This document shows, piece by piece, positions 58,901-64,000 of a stretch of 64,000 bases of DNA. Position numbers and translations under genes: made by a program. Every line of letters begins with the position of its first letter. Position 1 is the first letter of the stretch. Below the pieces are notes generated by a model, which saw only the letters and a list, made by a program, of their open reading frames with translations, made no database searches and was not told the DNA's origin. This DNA is from Candidatus Krumholzibacteriota bacterium (GTDB lineage Bacteria > Krumholzibacteriota > Krumholzibacteriia > LZORAL124-64-63), in the NCBI GenBank assembly GCA_022711765.1, contig JAKLEB010000001.1, forward strand, positions 724,694 to 788,693. Direction: 5' to 3'.

Positions 58901-58979
58901 CGCAGGCGATCGCGCACAGCACGACCACGAGCGCTCTAGTACTCGAAACGATACTTGAGATCGAGATTGTACGTCGCAT
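55905..58979 (-). CDS. Omp85-superfamily outer-membrane beta-barrel protein whose periplasmic region is an HExxH zinc-peptidase-like domain plus a PD40/TolB-type beta-propeller instead of POTRA domains
   Basis: 1024 aa. Signal peptide. HELVHVFMFD...WFAEGVAEW around residue 150. At least three WSPDG PD40 repeats between residues 330 and 480. C-terminal ~380 aa with the Omp85 L6 RGY motif (GGPWTLRGYRYYD) and terminal aromatic signature ...FHFSIGPDF. The 5' end overlaps the tamB-like gene by 44 nt. Confidence 0.7.
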   Translation of the reverse strand: MRRTISISSIVSSTRALVVVLCAIACAVPAQAQRYGKNKVQTGDHDWRVLTTPHFDLHFHDGAEELAFRAAIIAERAYKEYADRLDRDLPLRTPLILYSSHAEFAQTNISDYLIGEGTGGFSEPFRNRMVLPYNGSHADLVHVIRHELVHVFMFDMAFGSRSVDLGRNAFFNIPLWFAEGVAEWLSSGWDANADMVIRDATINDYLQPLERVGGYLVYKQGQAAMRLLSDRYGAERLNEFWRTVGRVRSVDRALALTYGLTMEEFEELYHRSLRQRYWPGFSDLEQMEDISRPLTGVETDEASFYGRPALNPDGDLVACFTDRDGLIDLYLLSAIDGQVIRRLGRSMRASRFESFHSFRSGLGWSPDGREVVLVAKSGNRETLHTIDAANGDVTRSWDLELDVAADPAWSPDGRLVALVGTDRGRTDLYLVEMVPGALDSLGVAAAAPPRRLPDGARLVRLTDDAGDESSPAWSPDGSRLAFSFNPLAEVAFEIELLADGAKRLRQARLVGEAALDTTRTAPPPAVEVLALDGARSRLFASRDRRRDPVWIDDRALVVVDGANGIDNLSLVALDSTGSAVASDRPLTNLLGGLQHLTYAVAGDRLVFSAFHNAGYDLYAADQFRGSWSARTPGGTAPGPVVIEPPQLVTRAGPPDTVRIDPDRIGLVERYRPRFRLDATRAGAGGAVYWTSAGGLGFANVITLTDDLGDRRLDFLVNFYGAVDNSDLAAAYTFLKRRVDLSAGAFLYNNYYNSVITSVGELLTDETLFKERNYGFFGRASYPLSVFERVDFDVEILNSDRTDYDFDEFGFLVPVAKRRSRLLQPALSFVHDNALYGLHGPVAGSRWSLSVAKGLPLSDSSLDRFNFVGDLRKYWLPLRRNSLALRLTYAHSAGEDPRGFVIGGPWTLRGYRYYDYQTLDNLAGTKMALASLEYRLPFVDYLIFGWPGQWGLTGIGGAVFFDAGCAWTDEVQFFDDGAFGDLRGDFGFGLRANVFWLPLKFDWAWRTDLRHVDGSVFHFSIGPDF

Positions 58980-61900
58980 CGCCCTGGTACTCGTCGATCC
59001 GGCGGCGGATCTCCGTCTGCAGCAGCAGGTGGTTGGTGATCTGGTACTCGATCAGCAGGTCCCGGTCGTTCTGGTTCACGCCCTGCGCGTACGTGATGTA
59101 GAGGTCGGTGCCGACATACTTGCCAACGCCGATCAACGGGTCGAGGCCGGTCTCGCCGCTCGTCTGCTGGCGCTGGATCTGCTCGATCTCGACCGTGTCG
59201 AAGATACCGATCTCCGAGGCGATCTCGCGCTCGAGGATGTTCAAGCCGGCCGAGATCGACGCGTTCGCGAGGACGTCGCTGTCGCCCTGCGCGTCCGGAT
59301 AGGGCGAGAGGCCGAGCAGCATGCGCTCGATCGCCGCGCGCGGATAGCCGCTCTCGCTCGAATAGCTGATCTCCATGGCATCGGCCGGGCCGGTCGCGTG
59401 GACGGTGATCAGCTCGACCACGCTCGCGCCCTGGACCTGGCTCGGCAGGCGCACGCGGGTCTCGGCGTCGATGTCGACGTTGGGCACCACGCCGACCGCC
59501 CGGCTGAAATCGAGGCGGCCGCGCACGACCTTGAAGGTGTTGTTGAACACCGGCAGGCGGCCGTTGTCGATGTCCATGCCGCCCTTGATGATCATCCCGT
59601 CGGCGTCGCGCACGACGGTGACGTCGCCGGAGAGGTCGAGATCCATCGTGCGGTTGACGATGCGGGCGGTGCGCGGCGGACCGCTGACCCGCACGTCCGC
59701 GAGCCAGTTCGGCGCGACCGTGCCGAGGGTCGGATCGAGGGTGCCCTCGGTGGCGGCGAAGTTGCCCGTGTAGCGCCCGCGGATCAACTCGAAGTCGCCG
59801 GTGAAATGAGGCACCAGGGTGCTGTCCGGACCGACGGGCACGCCGGTGAGGCGGCCGTTGTCCGTCCGGACCAGGGCCCGCAGGTCGGGGATCGAGGCCA
59901 CCAGGAATCGATCGGCGGCGAACGCGATGTCCCAGGTCTTCAGCACGAGTCCCGCGAAGGTCACGGAGCCGGAGCCCGTGAAGACGCCGCGCTGGCCTTC
60001 CTGGCCGCGCAGCTCCTGGACGATCAGCAGATCGTCCTGGAAGACCCCGCGCGCGCGGCAGTCATGGTAGACCTCCTCGTTGCCGCGCAGGACGAACGCG
60101 ACGTCATCGACGGCGATCGTGCCCTGGTAGACGGGGTGCGAGAGCGGGCCGGACACGATCAGGTCGGCCTGGCCGCGGCCGGAGCAACGGCTGAACGCGT
60201 TGGTCGCGTCCAGAAGCGGCGCCAGGTCGGTTCCGGCGGGCACGACGAGGTGGCCGAAGAACGGGCCGTCCGGGGGCGTCGTCGGCGCCGCCAGCAGGTC
60301 AAAGCTCAGCGGCAGCTCGAGGCGGCCCTCCAGGCGGAGTTCGTCCTGGTTGCCGCGCAGATCGCCGAACGCGAGCTGCCCGTCCTCGGCGCGGACGGTG
60401 CCGGTGAGCCGATCCAGGTGCAGCCACTGGAAGTGGAAGGGCGCGCTGTCGAGATCGCCGGTCACCAGCGGGTCCTCGCTCGTCCCGGCCAGGTGCAGGT
60501 CGCCGCGGAACCGGCCCGCGAGCCGGTCGAGCGCCGGCAGCTGGAATTGCTCGAGGAACGCCCAGTCGCCGTCCGGGATCTCGATGTCGAGGTCCAGCGA
60601 CGCGCCCGGCCAGAACTCGCGGAGGCTGGCGCCCCGGTGGCTCACCGTGCCGGCCAGACGGACCCTGCCGAACTCGCTGGCCACGTCGACCGCATCGATC
60701 GTCACCGTGCCGCGGCGGAGGTGCGCGGCCACCCTGAGCGAATCGACGCGGGCGAGCGGGAACCTCGCGTCCACGAGGTCGCCGCGCAGGGTGACCGTGG
60801 GCGAATCGGGCCGCCCGCCGACCTCCACGAGAGCGGTCGCGCGGCCGCCCGTCTGCACCGACCGGCGCAGCAGCGGGTCCAGCAGGTCGAGATCGAAGTT
60901 CGTCGCCTCCAGGCGACCGTTGAGCAGATCGTCGGCGGCGCGGTAGTCGACGGACGCGGTGAAATCGCCGTGGTCGGAGACGAGGCGCAAACGCGGGACC
61001 TGCACGAGGCCGTCGCCGACGGCGGCCGCCACGGCGGCGTCGGTGCGCCATTCGTTGCCGGCGAAGTCGATCGCGAGCCCGGCGACATTCAGATCGGCCC
61101 GCCCCGGCGACAGGTCGGCGCGGCCGCGGCAGGCGACGACCGTATCGCCGTGGACCGTGCGCAGGGAGTCGACCTCGACGCTGGTCGGGCCGACCCGGGT
61201 CCACAGGAGGTAGCGGCCGAGCGGCACGCCGCCGAGCGCGAAGCCGTCGCCCTCGGTCGCGGCGCTCAGGGACCAGTCCTCGCCCAGGACCCGCTCGGCG
61301 AGCACGTCCGCGGTGCCGGTCGTCGCGGTCAACGTGCCCACGGCGAGGTCGGCGAACTCGAGGGTGCCGGCGGCCTCGAGCGCATCGAGCGGCCCGTCGA
61401 GCGCGACCTGCCCGGCGAGCCGGCCGCCGAGCGCCGGCCAGCCCCAGCCGGGCGGGACGCTGCGCAGGTCGGCGCAGGCGACGTCGAGCCAGCCGGCGAA
61501 GACCTCGTCGCGATCGCTGGTGCCGGCCAGTCGCGCCCGCAGCGCGCCGTGGCTCAGGTCGACGGAGCGGAAATGGAGCGAGTCCCCCCGGGCCCAGACA
61601 TCGACCCGGCACGTATCGAAGGGCATGATCTCGATCTCGCCGTCGACGATCAGCCCGCTCACCCGCGTCGCCTCGTCGGCGGTCGTGTGCACGATCTCGA
61701 GCCGGCCGTGGCCCGCGGTCCGCGGCAGGTCCGCGACCTCCGGGATCAGGCCGGCGCGCAGGTCGAGATCGCGCGCATCGCCGGCGATCGTGATGACCGT
61801 GCCGGCTGGGTCGCGGGCGTCGACGCGCAGCGTCCCGTCGAACCAGGCGCCGCCGACCCCGCCGCGCAGCACCGCGAACTCGGCCACCCCGCCCGAGACC

Positions 61901-62799
61901 ACCGCCTCGCCCCGGACGGCGTCGAGGTTCCACTGCTCGAAGCGCCCGGAGAAATCGCCGGCGAAGCGCACGGTATCGTCGTGGGCCGTGACCGTGCAAT
62001 CGACGTCGCCGGCCGCGTCGAAGTCGAGGGACAGCCCGACGAGATCGTTCACGGCCGCGACCGAAACGCCGCGCGCGGCCACGGCCACCGCCACGCCGGC
62101 CTCGGTGACGCCGCCGTCGACGGTCACGCGGCCGTCGTTCCACAGCGCGCTGAGGTCCCTCGCCCGCACGCCGTCTTTCGCGATGGTGAGCTCGCCGTAG
62201 AGCCGGTCCAACGTCGACCTGCGGGTGTCCCAGCGCACCGAGCCGCCCCGCGAGACCAGCCGGAGGCGCTCGCCGTCGCCACGGATCCCGCCGCGCCACC
62301 CGACGTCCTGCAGGAGCTCGCGCTGCCGGCCGTCGGCGTCGGCGATCTCGATCCGCGCGTTGCGGACATCGACGAGATCCACCTCGATCCGCGGGATCGC
62401 CCGCGGCTCGTCGTCCGCGGCCGCCGCCGGCTCGGTCGCCGGCGGCTGGTTGTGATAGACCTCCACCCCGCGCATCGCCAGCCGACGCAGCCGCAGCCGG
62501 GGTCCCAGGACCTCCCGCAGGCGGAAGTCGATCTCGAGCGTGTCCACCGCGACGAGCGTCAGGCCGCCCCGTTCGCCGCGGACGGTCAGGGTGGCGTCGT
62601 AGGCGTCCAGGCCGCCGAACGCGCGCACGTGGTAGGCGCCGACCCGCAGATGGCCGTTCAGGCGCGCTTCGAGCTGCCGGTTCACGAGGCGGGTCGCGAA
62701 CGGCGCCAGGACCTGCGGATTGCGGTCGAGCAGGACCACTCCCCCCGCCAGCAGCAGGAGGGTGAGGATGGCCGGCCAGCGGATGCGTCGTCGCGCCAT
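58936..62799 (-). CDS. tamB: TamB-like translocation and assembly module protein (AsmA/DUF490 family)
   Basis: Internal Met of ORF 58936..63669 (MARRRIRWPAILTLLLLAGGVVLLD signal-anchor). 1288 aa of repetitive beta-rich sequence. C-terminal DUF490-like region (...GKYVGTDLYITYAQG...DLKYRFEY). Located 2 nt downstream of an Omp85 gene. Confidence 0.8.
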   Translation of the reverse strand: MARRRIRWPAILTLLLLAGGVVLLDRNPQVLAPFATRLVNRQLEARLNGHLRVGAYHVRAFGGLDAYDATLTVRGERGGLTLVAVDTLEIDFRLREVLGPRLRLRRLAMRGVEVYHNQPPATEPAAAADDEPRAIPRIEVDLVDVRNARIEIADADGRQRELLQDVGWRGGIRGDGERLRLVSRGGSVRWDTRRSTLDRLYGELTIAKDGVRARDLSALWNDGRVTVDGGVTEAGVAVAVAARGVSVAAVNDLVGLSLDFDAAGDVDCTVTAHDDTVRFAGDFSGRFEQWNLDAVRGEAVVSGGVAEFAVLRGGVGGAWFDGTLRVDARDPAGTVITIAGDARDLDLRAGLIPEVADLPRTAGHGRLEIVHTTADEATRVSGLIVDGEIEIMPFDTCRVDVWARGDSLHFRSVDLSHGALRARLAGTSDRDEVFAGWLDVACADLRSVPPGWGWPALGGRLAGQVALDGPLDALEAAGTLEFADLAVGTLTATTGTADVLAERVLGEDWSLSAATEGDGFALGGVPLGRYLLWTRVGPTSVEVDSLRTVHGDTVVACRGRADLSPGRADLNVAGLAIDFAGNEWRTDAAVAAAVGDGLVQVPRLRLVSDHGDFTASVDYRAADDLLNGRLEATNFDLDLLDPLLRRSVQTGGRATALVEVGGRPDSPTVTLRGDLVDARFPLARVDSLRVAAHLRRGTVTIDAVDVASEFGRVRLAGTVSHRGASLREFWPGASLDLDIEIPDGDWAFLEQFQLPALDRLAGRFRGDLHLAGTSEDPLVTGDLDSAPFHFQWLHLDRLTGTVRAEDGQLAFGDLRGNQDELRLEGRLELPLSFDLLAAPTTPPDGPFFGHLVVPAGTDLAPLLDATNAFSRCSGRGQADLIVSGPLSHPVYQGTIAVDDVAFVLRGNEEVYHDCRARGVFQDDLLIVQELRGQEGQRGVFTGSGSVTFAGLVLKTWDIAFAADRFLVASIPDLRALVRTDNGRLTGVPVGPDSTLVPHFTGDFELIRGRYTGNFAATEGTLDPTLGTVAPNWLADVRVSGPPRTARIVNRTMDLDLSGDVTVVRDADGMIIKGGMDIDNGRLPVFNNTFKVVRGRLDFSRAVGVVPNVDIDAETRVRLPSQVQGASVVELITVHATGPADAMEISYSSESGYPRAAIERMLLGLSPYPDAQGDSDVLANASISAGLNILEREIASEIGIFDTVEIEQIQRQQTSGETGLDPLIGVGKYVGTDLYITYAQGVNQNDRDLLIEYQITNHLLLQTEIRRRIDEYQGDATYNLDLKYRFEY

Positions 62800-62801
62800 G
62801 A

Positions 62802-64000
62802 TCAGAACACGTGCCCCAGCGAGAAGTGGAGCCGCCAGCGGTCGTCGACCAGGGTCTTCTCGAGGCTCTGGTACCGGGCCCGCTTCAGGGGGAAACCGAG
62901 GTCGAGCCGGAACGGCCCGAACGGCGTGTCCAGCCGCAGGCCGGTCCCGACACTGTAACGATAATCCCAGATCTTGGTGCTCGTCGGATCTTCCGGGTCG
63001 CCCGGGTACGAACGCAAGCGAAAGGCGTCGAGCGTGATGTCGTCGAGGTCCTCCCAGACGTTGCCGCCGTCGCAGAACAGGACGCTGCTGAGGTGCCAGC
63101 GTGAGAGCCAGGGCAGCGGGAAGCGCCACTCGGCGTTCGTGATGAGCTGGTAGTTGCCGCCGCGGGCCGGATCGTCGGGCAGCGGGACGTCGCTCCCCCA
63201 GCCGATCTCCGCCTGCTCCTCGGGGTCGGTGATCTGCGGACCGAGGCTGTTCTCGCGATAGCCGCGGACGCTGTAGGCCCCGCCCGCGAAGAAGCGGTCG
63301 TCGTACGGGACGCCGTCGCTGCCGAGCTCGCGCGAATCGCCGTAGGGACGGACCGCGCCGAGGCGCACGCGGGCCGCGACGACGCCGCCCAGCAACGGCC
63401 GGTAGTCCTGCAGGGAGCCGCTCCACTTCAGGAAGCTGTTGTCGCCGCCGAGCAGCCCGCCGGCCAGTTCGAGCTGGCTCGTGAAGTACTGTCCGCGGAC
63501 CGGGTTGAAGGCGTCGTCGCGTCCCTCGCGGAACAGCGAGTGGATGACCGAGCGCGTCGTGCTGGCCGTGACGCCGGCCGCCTCGAAATCCTCCTGCAGA
63601 TCGGACGGCGCCAGCGGATGGACCGCGGGATCGACCGTGCGCAGGCTGAGGTCCAGACGGTTGGTCCACAGCAGGTCGTCGCGGCGCTGGGTGCCGACCA
63701 GGATGCCGTAGATCGTCTGGATCAGGCCCGATTCGCCGCGCGTCGCGCGCTTGGCGTAGACGTTCACGTCCAGCGGGTAGTCGCGGCCGAACAGGTGCGG
63801 ATTGTCGTAGAGGACGTCCGCGCGGTAGTTGAGGTCGCCCTCGGCGAAGATGCGCGGCTCGCCGATGATCTCCTCGACGTTCCAGTAGCCACGCAGCCGC
63901 AGCTGCAGGCGCCGGCCGCTCCCCCAGAGGTTGTTGTGGCCCCAGGCCACCATCGCGCGGATCCGCTCGCGGCTGCCGAAGCCCGCGCCGAACTCGTAGA
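62802..64000 (-). CDS. Omp85-family outer-membrane protein (TamA/BamA-like); C-terminal ~390 aa of barrel, N-terminus beyond the window end
   Basis: Barrel motifs RFFAGGAYSVRGYREN (L6 VRGY motif) and C-terminal ...RLHFSLGHVF. No stop in frame up to 64000, so the gene continues upstream. Confidence 0.8.
   Translation of the reverse strand, partial: YEFGAGFGSRERIRAMVAWGHNNLWGSGRRLQLRLRGYWNVEEIIGEPRIFAEGDLNYRADVLYDNPHLFGRDYPLDVNVYAKRATRGESGLIQTIYGILVGTQRRDDLLWTNRLDLSLRTVDPAVHPLAPSDLQEDFEAAGVTASTTRSVIHSLFREGRDDAFNPVRGQYFTSQLELAGGLLGGDNSFLKWSGSLQDYRPLLGGVVAARVRLGAVRPYGDSRELGSDGVPYDDRFFAGGAYSVRGYRENSLGPQITDPEEQAEIGWGSDVPLPDDPARGGNYQLITNAEWRFPLPWLSRWHLSSVLFCDGGNVWEDLDDITLDAFRLRSYPGDPEDPTSTKIWDYRYSVGTGLRLDTPFGPFRLDLGFPLKRARYQSLEKTLVDDRWRLHFSLGHVF

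Overview
This 64 kb window is high-GC (about 70%) bacterial chromosome, densely coding, with around 60 genes and no rRNA, CRISPR array, transposase or integrase seen. Calls come from reading the six-frame ORF track against the DNA and recognising conserved motifs. Start codons for genes beginning at an internal Met/Val of a track ORF were placed by codon arithmetic from the ORF end. The read-out core consists of the following. suf Fe-S assembly genes (sufB truncated at the window edge, sufC, an Rrf2 regulator), ferredoxin-NADP reductase, nadA, purA, and the conserved tig-clpP-clpX-lon-engB operon. tRNA-Lys(UUU) and tRNA-Leu(UAG). A sigma54 (NtrC-type) activator divergent from an MFS transporter, and a four-subunit-equivalent 2-oxoacid:ferredoxin oxidoreductase (ferredoxin, alpha, fused beta-gamma). 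An acyl-CoA/propionate block (enoyl-CoA hydratase, carboxyltransferase, methylmalonyl-CoA epimerase, thiolase, 3-hydroxyacyl-CoA dehydrogenase, acyl-CoA dehydrogenase). xseAB, a MATE exporter, and a PcrA/UvrD helicase. The window is unusually rich in peptidases: a signal-peptide PepF (M3B), M29, M17 PepA, M1, M6, Lon/ClpP, and an HExxH domain fused to an Omp85 barrel. Three proteins end in a shared FlgD-Ig/T9SS-like C-terminal sorting domain. This suggests an FCB-superphylum-type, peptide-degrading organism. The most unusual locus is at the 3' end: an Omp85(TamA-like), TamB-like, second-Omp85 operon in which the second barrel has a zinc-peptidase-like plus PD40 beta-propeller N-terminus in place of POTRA domains. 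Other points of interest are listed here. A tiny secreted CxxCH/Asp-repeat protein driven by a consensus sigma70 promoter inside the lon-engB / purA neighbourhood. An orphan sorting-domain remnant next to an HNH/DUF222 endonuclease gene that has its own AT-rich promoter. An orphan cheW. A sensor-only PAS-GAF protein overlapping its convergent neighbour. An ABC-2 transporter cluster with an embedded lipoprotein. The many very long ORFs in the track are antisense or alternative-frame artefacts of the GC content.
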